The notes under the pieces are model-generated. The model was not told where the DNA came from and made no database searches. It was given only the letters and a program-made list of their open reading frames with translations. Shown piece after piece: positions 1 to 12,132 of a stretch of 64,000 nucleotides of DNA. Each line of letters begins with the position of its first letter. Within the stretch, counting starts at the first letter, position 1. The stretch covers positions 91,719 through 155,718 of the forward strand of contig NW_005434620.1 of assembly GCF_000315625.1 (NCBI RefSeq). Direction: 5' to 3'. Position numbers and translations under genes: made by a program. The DNA is from Guillardia theta CCMP2712 (lineage: Eukaryota; Protista; Cryptophyta).

Positions 1-804
1 ATGATGTAGGATAGAATAGAGAGAGCTGAGCGTCTTTTCTTCCACAAGCTGCATGCGATCTGGTCTCCTCAACTTGTACGAGGGATCTGAGAATCTTGAC
101 AAGAGCGGGAATCATGAATCGTTCTTCCTCCTATGACCATGCTACAACCTAGCTTTTATTTTTTTTCCCTCTTCAACTCCCAACTTCTACATGTGCTCGA
201 CGTGCTAATACAAGCTTCTCCTCCTCTGCCGTCCTAAGCGAAAGCTCTGCCAAAAAAATGTCAATCTCACTTCCTCCACAGCACACAGGCATACACACGG
301 GTAAAACCTTTCCATGCATGATTGAACCATTCGATTGATTCCACACACAACACTGGAGCTGCTCTCAGACGCACACTCTGTCTTGACTAATTGAGTTCTT
401 GCTGTCTTCATGGAGATTCACCTACTGGAGTCGGGGGATCGGAGAATATCTCAGAGTCATCTTGAGGTGTTGCGTGAATCTGATCCTCCATTCCCATCTT
501 AGTTCAGAGCTGATTCTTTCCTGAAATCAGTGCTCCACTTTCACTTATGAAACAGATTGAGCATGGGGGGAGTAGAATCCTACTTGGGTTGTTGTCCTAC
601 ACAGGGAGATCTAGAACAGCATCTTGAATCATCGGCCTCGGCCTGCAAAGCGCATATAAGTGCCAGCATGAGTAACATACACGCCATATCAAAGCAACCA
701 AGTATTTCCCATCATGACTCATCCAAACACCCAAGTGTTGCCAATCACGGCTTATCCAAACAAGCAAGTATTCCAAGCGAACCTCTTTTCGGGGACAAGA
801 CAGC

Positions 805-1138
805 ATGTCGACCATCTTCAAACGCTTCCCCTCCTACCGCAACTTCAAGGTCAACCTCCATGACATCGAGGAGAACCTCAGGACCTTATGTCCGGAGGCC
901 CAGCATCTAGAGAACCTCAAGGCGTCTGTGGGGCTTGCGAGGAGGGAGTCGGACTTCGACCATGTAAGGCGACTGAAAGGAAGTTGGGAGGGGGATGAGA
1001 GCCTGGTAACTTCATTGCCTGCTGCAGATAGACATCGAGACCTTCAAGAGGGTGTTTGGTTTCCATTTCAGCTCAGAAGACGAGAACACAAAGACGAGGT
1101 ACCAGTCCAGGCTTGATGATATGCTGGACAGATTTTAG
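805..1138 (+). CDS. Small hypothetical protein, at least 2 exons; 5' end uncertain
   Basis: Frame MSTIFKRFPSYRNFKVNLHDIEENL...DFDH, then GT-AG intron 964-1027, then IDIETFKRVFGF...DDMLDRF*. Codon usage is GC3-rich and coding-like. An upstream ORF from 563 (MGGVESYLGCC) is in a different frame. Confidence 0.45.
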
Positions 1139-1469
1139 AGTGATCGAGATGGGCCCGGCCAGTGAACTTTGAACTCAGGGCCGGGTTCAGCGGCCGCTTA
1201 CTTACACGCTTCACTGAGTCACCCGATCAAGTGCTGTTTGGAGTTGTCGCCGGGAGCCTGAATCAATCAGCCCAGCTTGCCAAGTTGGGCTCGGACATTT
1301 AGTAAATGTAAACATACTATGATTGCTATGATTGACAATTCCCCTCCCCCCCCGCCGCACCCACTCACCCCTCCGACTTGCAAAGAAGTGTACTACTTCA
1401 AGATCGACTTGGACCAAGGCGGAGGGTCAGGATCAGCGTGTTCACAAGCTTTGAAATAACGTTTCATCA

Positions 1470-2520
1470 AGATGTCGCAGCTGTGAAACACTCAGGCGTC
1501 ATCAGCTGATGCGGCTTGCCATGAAAGTGAAGATATGAAAACATATAAGGTGCTTTGTTGATTTCATCAACACATTTCTCTGATCGTCGTCTGCATCTCC
1601 AGTCTTTAGACCTGAGAGCAAACGAATTCAAGCGAAATTGCATTGCAGTGAGAAAAAACACAGCAGTAGCGGCTGGAGACGCAGCATATATGCTCAATGG
1701 CTTTGAAGATCGGAGAAATCGGTGAAAGGATAGTACTGTACTTTATTCTCTGCCAATGCATTTCACAGACACGGGAAGTCGACAATCCTGTGTTATTTAT
1801 GAGTAGTTCCCAAACGTCACTTCACAGATTCCATCTTGCATCCCTCCTGCCCCATTGGTGCCTGCAGGGCCAGTAGTGCTGCATGATATCAAAGGGTACC
1901 CATGGTGACTTGAAATAGGGACTGTGGATAGTGTTTGTTCCTATTGCTGTTAGGCTTATCAAGTGAAGAGGTCTCAGACGGAGAGCTCAACTTGTTTGTG
2001 GGAACAGTGAGCTTGAATTTCACTTTTTTGCCCGCAACGAGCTCAACTTGTTTGTGAGAACAGTGAGCTTGAATTTCGTCTATCTTTGGAGAAGGCAAGC
2101 ACACACTTTCGTTAAATTCAAAACTCTTGATTGCCACCTTCTGCAAACAGTCCATAAGTTATGTAGAGCTATGGGATCTAAGTAGGATGTACAAGTCAAA
2201 ATATCCGAGAGGCTCCTATTGACTCTCAGGGGGCAAGCCTGGACCATCAGGTATTTGCAACGTCAGGCAACGTAGAGGGAGCGACAGATTGAGCACGAGC
2301 GCAGAAAGAAGAAGAAGACGCCATTCCAGCTGCTCATGTAGATGGGAAATGATCCTTCAGTTTGTCCATGTCACTTCCATACGACAGCACACATTCGATC
2401 CACGTTGAAATTTAGATTATGTAATGTAGTACAACTAATACATTTCAGGTTTTGACGACGCGGTACAGGACATGCTTACCGCCTTGGACAGTCCAGGAAA
2501 CACGCTGAAAGAATGGGCTG
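1470..2520 (-). pseudogene. Probable decayed multi-exon gene of unknown function
   Basis: Exon-like segments between splice-like signals contain in-frame stops (LQIPDGPGLPPESQ*EPLGYFDL; DGICEVTFGNYS*ITQDC). An internal duplication with 56-bp spacing at 1983/2039 shifts the frame. Confidence 0.3.
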
Positions 2521-2835
2521 ATAGGGACAGGAGCAGCAGTCGTGTGAGTTACAGAACTCTTACTCGTTGCAATGCATACGATAGATGTTGCTGCTAGCGC
2601 TGCCAGCGTAAAAGTTACTCATCATTGAAAGATAAGAAGTGACTCACACGGAGGCCTATCAACGGGCCCAACGGCTGTCTCAGTACGGTAAATTTACTCT
2701 AAAACTGAATTTTAAACTAACCTAATTTTTCGTCGAATGTCAAAATCAACGGATGTAACGGCCGAAAAAGAATGTCCTCGCATGCTCTCTGGGATGAATC
2801 GGGACAAGCTGAAACAACTACAACAGGGAGGAAGT

Positions 2836-3040
2836 GAAGAAGATCGAGAAGAGAAGAAGTCATAGACTATGAAGAAGATCGAGAAGAGAAGAAGTCATAG
2901 ACTATGAAGAAGATCGAGAAGAGAAGAAGTCATAGACTATGAAGAAGATCGAGAAGAGATAAAGTCATAGACTATGAAGAAGATCGAGAAGAGAAGAAGT
3001 CATAGACTATGAAGAAGATCGAGAAGAGATAAAGTCATAG
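2836..3040. repeat. 35-bp minisatellite, ~5.9 copies
   Basis: Unit GAAGAAGATCGAGAAGAGAAGAAGTCATAGACTAT starts at 2836, 2871, 2906, 2941, 2976 and 3011 (partial). Copies 4 and 6 share the variant AGAGATAAAGTC. Confidence 0.95.
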
Positions 3041-3360
3041 AGTACGTACCAGCAATTAGAAGTTGAAAGATGATGGGGAGGGAGAACATCGGTTCCCGAG
3101 AGCAGAGAAGGATAAGGACGATGGGAAAAATCGTTTAAGTTGTTGTGTTCCTTCCAAACGGCAGATTGTGAAACTGTGATGCTTGCGAGGCTTTACATAT
3201 GACACAAAACAAGTACTGAGACATCATAGGCCTCCAAGATTGAAGATGACATCTTCCCAGAAGTTGGAGAAAACCCCCAAGGCAAGAGACACTGCATAAA
3301 GGGAGGCCGATGCTAATAGAATTCTTTCTCCTGCAGGTTTGGGATCCCCGAGAGCGTTTG

Positions 3361-6300
3361 ATGGACGTCATGTCATCTAGTCTGTCGTCGGCGCGCTCAT
3401 TGAGGAGCTCAGCCGGGGAAGGGAAGGAAGAGAACCTTATGATCAGAGTGCTCAGTGCAAGCGGCCTGAAGCAGAAGGGCCGAATCTTTCTCGACGATCA
3501 AGAGCCTGTGTTCTGTCAACTCCGCGTGCTTGACGGCGATGAGTCCGACGTCCAAGAAGGCCGAACAGAAGCAATGCCAGAAGACGAGACCGACGTGATT
3601 GTATGGAACGAAGGGTTCTTGTTCAGCGTGCGGAATGCGAGCGAGGCCCAGGCAAGTCGGCGGCCATCGACTTAAGAAGATTTTGACTCCCCATGCAGCT
3701 GGAATGCTCTGTTTGGCGCTTGAGTTACGACCCCGAGGAGAACAAAGACGTCACGACCTTTCTTGGAGGAGCTGTCATCAGCACAAGCGAGCTTGCAGCC
3801 TACGCTGGGAGGTATACATCTATCGCTGTGCCGGCAGCTTTAAGAACTCTTGCAGGCTTCTCAAGCAAGACTTCGAGCTGGAGGGCTCTTCTCACTTTGG
3901 CGGGAAACTACAACTTGCCTTGCTGTACGGCGCAGATCCCAACGATTTGGATCTTTCCGAGGGGTACGAGAGCCACCAGGAAGGGGAATCAGAAATTGAG
4001 ATTCATGACTACCCTATGCAACGAGTGGACCCTTCGAATCAGAGCGACACATTCGAAGCTGAAGACGAGGTGGAGGAGTACGAGGACAATCAGGAAGAGG
4101 CTATGTTTGAACCGCAGCTCTACGATACCGAACTTCCACAAAGGTTGTCAAATCAGAGCAGCCCACCAAGTCTGCAGGATGAGAACGAGCATGATGAGAT
4201 GTGGAGGGGAGGAGACGACCAAGAGATAGAGATGAAGAAGAGGCTGGAATCTTCAGAAAACAACTCAGGCGTCGGGATCTCACTGGAGGCTGATAGTGAG
4301 GGAAACGTTGTTATTGTTTCACTTCGAGCTGGCGGGTCAGCAGAAAGCAGCGGGCAAGTGAAACCAGGCGACAGGTGAGAAGGAGAGTTGGGAAGAGTTG
4401 TACCGCGAACTGACACGTTGCTTGTAAAGGATCTGCGGCATCGACGGGCAAGACATCCGCGGTCTGAGCGTTCCTGACATTCTCGACCGCATAGTCGGGC
4501 CGAGCAACACGAGAGTCTCACTGGACCTGATGGTTTGAAAGGGGAAGGGGAGAGAGCCGGCAGACCAGCTGAGAGGTTGGCAGGACGCGGATCGATCTGA
4601 CGGGCACGTGAAGCGAGTGATGTTGCGGCGGATGTCATCGATGCCGCTGCAGATTCAGTGAGCAGGAGAGGAGTGTGAGATGTGCAGGCTTGTCTCCTCA
4701 TGTCTTCTTCGATGTCTCCCCGTGTCTCTCCCTCCTCTCCTCACGCCTTGTGTCCTCCAGGTTCGACCAGCCGTTTCCCGACCATCCGAGCTACCTCTCA
4801 CAAGGAGCGCAAGACAGATACCTCGTCCCTGACGTCTCCAGAGCGTCTGACATCGACGGTAAGCCGTCCAGCCTCTTTCCTAGCATGCAGAACCAGCCGG
4901 TGGACACCCTCGCGTCGCATCACAGGCCCTCGAAGCAGGCGAAGGTGAGGAGGGAGCCGAGCAAGAAAGAGGGGCTGATAGCCCTGTAGGTCAGCCCTGT
5001 GCCCTCAGCCCCCGATGATTTCTCGGTGACGATGGTGGACGGCGAAGGATTCTTAACCGGCGAGTCGATCACGCGAACTCTCTCAGAGTTTGAGATGTTG
5101 TACGAGTTCCTCATCGGTAATTACTCCAAACCCAGCAGCATGCCCAGCTCTCTGGACCCCTTCGACGCTCATCGCAATTTTGCGGTCCCTTCCCTGGAGC
5201 TTGACCTCGTCTTTGATCAGCAGGGGAACGTCAGCCTCTCTCTTCTCGCTGCTCGCCTCGAGGAGTTCCTCAACGAAGTCTTGGCTGACCCTCTGCTGTC
5301 GCGCGACACATACGTCCTTGCCTTCTGCGAGCCCGACGAGCTTGACACCCTCAAGGAGCTACAGGACTCCTCCAGCGAGCAGCGCTCTCCTCCTCCTCCT
5401 CCTGCTCTCGATCCGCTTGAACTCGTCTCAAGAAACGGCTACGCGTCCAGCTTCAGCAAGAGCATGTCGCCACAGGACGGGAAGTACGAGATGTCGAACG
5501 GGTCGATGGCGCTTCCTTCTTCGACAGAGGGCGTGGTGAAGTTGTACATGGAGAAGCTGGCAGAGAAGGACAGGCAAATCGCACACATGTCCATAAAACT
5601 CTCAGCTGCTGAGCACAAAGTGTCATCAGCAACGCAGCGAGAAGCGGAGCTGGAGGAGGAGCTGAAGCGACTGAAGGCTGGGGGGACCGCGAGGTTCTCG
5701 ACAGGAGGGGAGGGGTGGGAGGAAGAGAAAGCGAAGCTCATCGCCGGGTTCAAGGAGCAGATCGAGATGCTGCAGGCCTCTCACAAGGAGGGAGGCGGCC
5801 GCTTGTCAGCCGGAGTTGACAGCAGAAGCTCAGCTGGTCAGCTGCAGGAGGTGATGCAGAAGTTGTCAGAGGCGAACCAGGAGAGCAACCGGCTCAAGGT
5901 CAGGCTGGGAGAGCTCGAAGTGACGCTGCGGAGCGTGGAGGAGGAGCGAGCCCAGCTACAGCGAGAGGTGAAGACCGCAAAGTGGAGCCCGAGTGAGGAG
6001 GAGGAGGATCAGGGGAGGCCGTTGGAGGTCAGCGAGCTCAGGAGGAGGGTGAGAGAGCTGCAGGAGGAACTCTCGTCGGAGAGAGAGCGCCTGAACCAGC
6101 AGAGGAGACAAGCGCAGACGCTAGAGACGAACTTGAGCGAGTCCAAGGTGATGGTGGAGCAGCTTCAGCAGGAGCTGGAGGTGGCGCAGATGAAAGTCAC
6201 GCACAGCAGAAACCTGTCGCAGGAGGTGGAGGACAAGGAGTTGGAGATCTCCTCCCTCGGCGAGAAGTGTGCCATCCTCTCGAAGAGGAACGAGCAGCTC

Positions 6301-7093
6301 CTGGACGAGCTGGAGGCTCTGCGGAAGAGCAGCGACGAGCTGAAGGCACAAGTTGGTGGGGAGCACCAGAGAGGACGGCGAGAGGATCGAGAGGAGGCGA
6401 TGGAGGAGCTTGACAGCCTGAGAAGGCAGCTCATGACCCAGCAGGACGAGATCAAATTCCTCAAGTCCAAACTCGCGGACGAGCGCTGGAAGACTTCTTT
6501 CCCTCCCAACTCTCTCCAGCTCGCGCCCAACTCTGCTCCCTTCGGCAACGGACAGACCAAGGGCTCCATCCTCAAGGCTCGACAGGCTGTGGAGGAGCTG
6601 AAGCAGAGGATAGTCGGAGGCTCCTCCTCCTCGAGCGTGTCCCCCTCCCCCCGCCTCTCCGCCAGTCCTCAAGCCTTCGCTGTGTCGCAGGCCATGGAGT
6701 ACGAGACGAAGATCGCCCAGCTGATGACCCAGCTGAAGCGGGAGCGACTGGCGCTGGAAGAGGAGAAGATTGCCAGGCAGGCAGCCGACGAGCTGAACGC
6801 GGAGCTGCTCGAGAGCTTGCAAGAGAGCCGCGCGGCCCTTCCCTCCACCTCAGCTGCTCGACCTTCATACCAGCAGGACTTGAGCTGGAGACGGTCAGAC
6901 CTGAAGCTGGACGGAGGGTTCGCGCGATTCGTCAACAGCAAGAGGAGCGAAGGAACAGAGAGGACGATGAGCCCCCAACTGTCTTCCACGCTAGCCAAGG
7001 TGCCGCAGACTCCAGCTGGTGTCGACCTGTCTAACTCGCTCTCTGCAGGTACAAAAAGCCCTCGCTCGAATCAAAAGCGACATGGACATCTAA
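3361..7093 (+). CDS. Multi-exon C2 + PDZ + PX-like + long coiled-coil protein
   Basis: C2: LMIRVLSASGL...PVFCQL...VWNEGFLF...FLGGAVI. PDZ: GVGISL...VVIVSLRAGGSAESSGQVKPGDR/ICGIDG...IVGPSNTRVSL. PX-like: ITRTLSEFEMLYEFL...LEEFLNEVLADPLLSRDTYVLAFC. Heptad-rich region ~5540-6830. Last exon VQKALARIKSDMDI*. Start uncertain. Confidence 0.75.
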
Positions 7094-7979
7094 CTCACAT
7101 CCCTTCTCCTCCTGCCTCTCTCCTCTTGGAAACCTTCACTTTACCCTCCTCTTTGTTTTTCTTCCTTTGCTTCTTCACACTGGGTGTAAAATGCTGCCAT
7201 GAAACTGCAAGGCGACCTCGTTTGCTTCCTCCACGCATGACAACTACAGTCATCCTGTCAGCTCCTCCCCCTCCCTCGTGTCTCTCTCTCCTCCCCTCTC
7301 CTTTCCCTCCCTCTTCTCTCCCTCGCACAACACTCCCCCCCTCCCCCTTCCATGTCTTCACCCCATCCTCTTGAAGTAGACCCCGATAACAATTCATTCA
7401 GCGATATGGATTCTCGGCAGGTACTTTATGTGGTGAACGGTAGCATATACCACTCGTCGTGTATTCGCGCTGCCGTCAGCTGTCAGGATCGGCAAGCAAC
7501 TTGAGCACCTCCTCGAGGGCTTCCAACAAGGTGTTGAGACGATGTGACTGGGTATCAATTGAGGGCTCATACGTTCCTTAGGCTGACCAAGCGGCGCGGG
7601 TGTTCTGCAAAGTTGGAAACAAAACAGAAGTGATTTCAATACCGGATACAAGTCAAAATGTGTCATGGCTGGTGGATGTGATTCAGGCACGATTTGGAAC
7701 AAGAGTATGCCAACCTTAGCATAACTGCATTTACTCACTAGCCTCCAGGTCCAGTCACTGACTGTGATGGGCTGTGAATTGAGAAATCAAGATGTTATCA
7801 TGAGTGTTATAAGAGATGGAGATCTGATCGAAGCTGGACCTTCAAAAGGTCTAGATAATGGCAAGAACCTCAGCATCCGTGAGCGGTATAAGGAGGTGAA
7901 AAGATACAAGGTTCATGTTGCAAGAGACTGCCTAAAGATCTTTGATTGTGGCTGCAGGGAGGTGTAATGGGTACAGTTT

Positions 7980-8450
7980 NNNNNNNNNNNNNNNNNNNNN
8001 NNNNNNNNNNNNNNNNNNNNNNNNNNNNNNNNNNNNNNNNNNNNNNNNNNNNNNNNNNNNNNNNNNNNNNNNNNNNNNNNNNNNNNNNNNNNNNNNNNNN
8101 NNNNNNNNNNNNNNNNNNNNNNNNNNNNNNNNNNNNNNNNNNNNNNNNNNNNNNNNNNNNNNNNNNNNNNNNNNNNNNNNNNNNNNNNNNNNNNNNNNNN
8201 NNNNNNNNNNNNNNNNNNNNNNNNNNNNNNNNNNNNNNNNNNNNNNNNNNNNNNNNNNNNNNNNNNNNNNNNNNNNNNNNNNNNNNNNNNNNNNNNNNNN
8301 NNNNNNNNNNNNNNNNNNNNNNNNNNNNNNNNNNNNNNNNNNNNNNNNNNNNNNNNNNNNNNNNNNNNNNNNNNNNNNNNNNNNNNNNNNNNNNNNNNNN
8401 NNNNNNNNNNNNNNNNNNNNNNNNNNNNNNNNNNNNNNNNNNNNNNNNNN
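7980..8450. other. Assembly gap (N run)
   Basis: N run, flanked on the right by (GGA)n. Confidence 1.
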
Positions 8451-8545
8451 GGAGGAGGAGGAGGAGGAGGAGGAGGAGGAGGAGGAGGAGAGGAGGAGGA
8501 GGAGGAGGAGGAGGAGGAGGAGGAGGAGGAGGAGGAGGAGGAGCG

Positions 8546-9988
8546 ATAGTGTCATCACCGTAGACCTCGACCTCACAGATAGTCAAGATCCTGTTTTCAC
8601 CTGTACGCCCCCAGCAGTCACTCGTCCTCGTCAGCAAGAGACCGCAAACCTGGCATGACGACGAAGATGTACTTTGCACTTGTCTCACACCATCTGATGA
8701 ACTCAATGAGGGGAGCAGAAGGGAGGGGAGGGGAGGGGAAGGTGAGGCGAGAGGAGGCAAGAGGAGAGGAGAGGAGACTGGGAGAGGGGAGAATGGAGAG
8801 AAGACTAACATCAGTTCGTCCCCAGCTGCCGGCACCTCCACATCCGCCGCACACAAGAAGTTTTCAGTTGGAATTGGAGAATCTCCAGCAAAGACGTTGA
8901 CGCCCTTTGAAAGTCATGAATGACGTTCTCTACTCCCCTCCTCTCTTCTTCTCTCCTTCCTCCCTCTCCACATCCTGCCACCCTCACTCGTCTCTCCTTC
9001 ATCCTCCCTCCTTCCTCTCCTTGCTTCACCTGCAGACGCTCGAAGCAACAATCCGCGCGGTTCCACAGTCTGATGGCTGAAATGCTGCGCTGGGAGTGCT
9101 AGAGGAGTCTCAAACTCCTCCACCCCCTCACTCTCCTTACCATGTCCAGCATCCACCAGGGGTCCCCCGTCCCCTTGCCGTGCATGTCGTCCCACGTGTG
9201 CGTGCATGCGCCCTCTGCGAATGCGTCATCTGCTGTTGAGGAGGAGGAAGAGGAGGATGAAGAGGAGGAGGTGGTGGTGAAGGTGGTGGAGGTGGAGGTG
9301 GAGTAGGAGAGAGGAAGGTAGCAGGACCAGGAGTATGAGGAGGAGTAGAAGGAGAAGGAGTATGAGGAGCAGGAGGAGGAGATGCAGGAGGAGAAGAAGA
9401 AGAAGGAAGAAGCTTCATTTCACCTGACCATCTCATCTTCTTGTTTCCATCTACCGCTAGGTATGCATGCCCCTCACTTGTTTCTCATGTCAGACTCGCA
9501 GCTGAGAGGAGGGAACGAGGAACCTCGAAGTTGACGACTGAGTGGTGCTGCAAGCTTCGACCCCTGAGGACACGTCAGAAGCAAGGATTCCCCATCATCT
9601 GCTCTATCTGACTCATCTTCTCCCTGCTCCTTCCTCTCCCCCTTCTCCTCTCTCCTTTCATTGTTCACCTCCCTTCTCTTTCATGGTCTCATCTCCTCCC
9701 TTACCTCTGCTCTGCTCTGCTCTGCTCTGCTCTGCTCTGCTCTGCTCTGCTCTGCTCTGCTCTTTTCTCTGTCTGATCCCTTTTTTCCTCCCTACTCATC
9801 TTTCGCCCCTCCCGATTCCTCTCCTCCATTCCCACCGCTCTTTCCACAAGATCGCGCGAGATTTCGAGAGTCCGCAACTGCTGCCAACTGACTCTGGCGA
9901 CGTTGTCATCTCAGGGAGGGAGGGAGGGAGGGAGGGAGGGAGGGAGGGAGGGAGGGAGAAAGGGAGGGAGGAGGAGGAGGAGGAGGAG

Positions 9989-10021
<33 letters not shown>

Positions 10022-11793
10022 AAGGAGGAGTGCCTGATAGAGGAGGTTGGATTTGAGAACTTCTCGAACATTCTTGAAGTCTGTCAAGGTCGTCAGAGCA
10101 ACCAGCAATTACCTTCATCTCACCTGTAGCAACAAACAGGGTCGTCCGATGGTCAGCAGGGCAGAGGCTGAGGGCGCAAGAGAGGAACTTGTTCACAGTT
10201 CGATCCGGCTGCTCCCTCTCCCACCCTTGCAGGTAAGCTCGCAAGTGGTGCCAACGAATCTGCAGCCCCACCGAGCAGACGCTGGCCTGCTCCCCTCGAG
10301 GTGAGCGGAGGGAGACGAACAGCTTCGTGCCACCTCCAGCTCCTGGCGCCTCCACGTCACGACCCTCTGGATCTTCTCGTTCGGCCTGCCACCTTCCTCA
10401 TCCCTCGCGCGGGCCTCCAGCTATACCTGTGCAGGAATGCATGGAGGATCGGGAAAGCGAAGATGCCGAAGGTCTTGGTGATGGCGTCGATGTGGTGCTG
10501 CTGTCGATCAGCAGGCAGACAGCTGAACGCGTCCTCCTCACCTTGTTGAGGTATGCTGTGGGAAACCCGAAGAGAGTTTGCGCCAGGATCACATCATCCG
10601 GCTGCTTGCATGTCACAGGCGGAGGAAGAGGAGGAGGAAGGAGGAAGAGGAAGAAGAGGTCACTTACCATGCTGTCGTTCCAGTGCTGGCAGGCCAGCAG
10701 CTCTCCGTACTTGCCATACTCCTCCTGCGGAATTCGAGGCATCTCGACCTGCATGGCGCTAAGCGACCGACCGTCACGTCCAGCTGGGGTCACAAAGTCT
10801 CGATGCTCGGTGAGATAGGGAGCGACGCCGTCCAGAAATACATTGATGGGCCAGTCATACTGGTAGAGTCAAGTTCAAGCAAGAGCAGAGGCAGAGAACA
10901 AGGGCATGATGATGATGATGGTGTGGTGGTGGTGATGAAGATGATGATCACGACGAAGACAGTGATGGTGATGATGATAATGATGATGATGACGACGACG
11001 ACGACACCTCAAAGATGGGACGAGGGCCTGTGTAGGAGTCGTTGGAGAAGTCAAGGATGAGGGCTCGTCTTGTGAGGATGGCGATCAAGAGCCCTGTCAC
11101 TTCCTCTATCTGAGTGTTTGAAACCCCATGGCTGCTCCTGACCACCAAGAACCTCTTAGCCACGCTTTCGTCCTGCTCATCCAAGATCCTTCGATGTAGA
11201 TCCACGTACTCCCTGAGGACCTTGTTCGCTCGCTCCTCGAACAGCCAGAAGGATGACAAGGCAGGAGGAGAAGGCTCCACCTGGTTGGCTGCTTCCCCCA
11301 CTTCTCGTTCGATCCTCAGAAGCGTCCTCCGGGTTCGTAAGACAGCTCCCTGTTGGTCTACAAGGACGACTCGCAAGCTGTGAGCGCCGAGTGCCAGCGA
11401 GACGTTCGCCGAGCAGGAGCAGGACGAACACAAACTTGTCTGCACGGTGTTTACGAAAGCAAGCAAGCTAGTCTGCTTGGTAGCTGCACACAGACATCCG
11501 CTGCCCTCGATCTTGACCTCCAGCTCATCACTCACACTCGAGCACCTTATCACAGTCCATCCCTTCTCTGCTCCCACCCAGCATCCCTGCCTGCCCACCC
11601 AGACCCTCAGGCAGTCAGCATGAGTCGATTCGCTTGCCCCGACGGCACATTCAGCACCTTCTTGCGCTGTTACAGTCATCGCCATGGCCATGGCCATGGC
11701 GAGCATCGTCGAGATCCTTGCAGTCTCTGATGCTGCTCTCCTCTTCCTCCCCTTCGCCATCATCGCCCGCTGCTGCCTCCCTCCCCCTGCCAT
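8546..11793 (-). CDS. Fucosyltransferase-like (GT37/GT23 superfamily) protein with an F-type lectin domain; 3' end runs toward the gap
   Basis: Hydrophobic N-terminus. GT-like motifs: RFLVVRSSHGVSN..EEVTGLLIAILTRRALILD, FPILHAFLH..PNEKIQRVV, SVGLQIRW, KFLSCA..TLFVAT. Lectin exons: NLARSC/VEACSTTQSST/AYLAVDGN/CTHT..DPWWMLD/ISAIRLWNRADCCFERL/GVNVFAGDS..CA/KYIFVVMP/ILTICEVEVYG. Confidence 0.7.
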
Positions 11794-12132
11794 CTTAGCG
11801 TCCTGTCATGATCCTCCCATTCCGACACCCCACCAATATCACCACCCCCATCCAAGACCTCGAATAGACCCCACCCCCCCGGGCTATCCACTCAGGCTTG
11901 CAAATGCCATGGGCGACAAGGATGGAGTCGCTCGGGACTCTGATGGGGCAGAGGAGCAGGGGGATTAAGAGCCGATCACTCAGCTAAGAAGAGGGACGGC
12001 GAACACGGGAGGCAGCGAGACTAAGAAAGAGAAGGTGGGTGAGGAGGAGACGACGACGAGACAGACACAACATTTACTTCCTTCACTGGGCCCCTCCTCC
12101 ACCCCCGGAACATATAAACCAGCCAGGAGGTC

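Noticed and set aside
2836-3040. CRISPR-like array (35-bp unit)
   Set aside because: Units are head-to-tail with no unique spacers, there are no cas genes, and the context is eukaryotic; it is a minisatellite.
7394-7979. Continuation of the fucosyltransferase after the gap (EPCIFSPPY resembles the GT37 C-terminus)
   Set aside because: The similarity is too short, no consistent spliced frame was found, and the gap prevents linking.
7870-8856. Long ORFs spanning the N gap, and poly-P/L/E/H/M ORFs across the window
   Set aside because: Artefacts of N runs and trinucleotide microsatellites.
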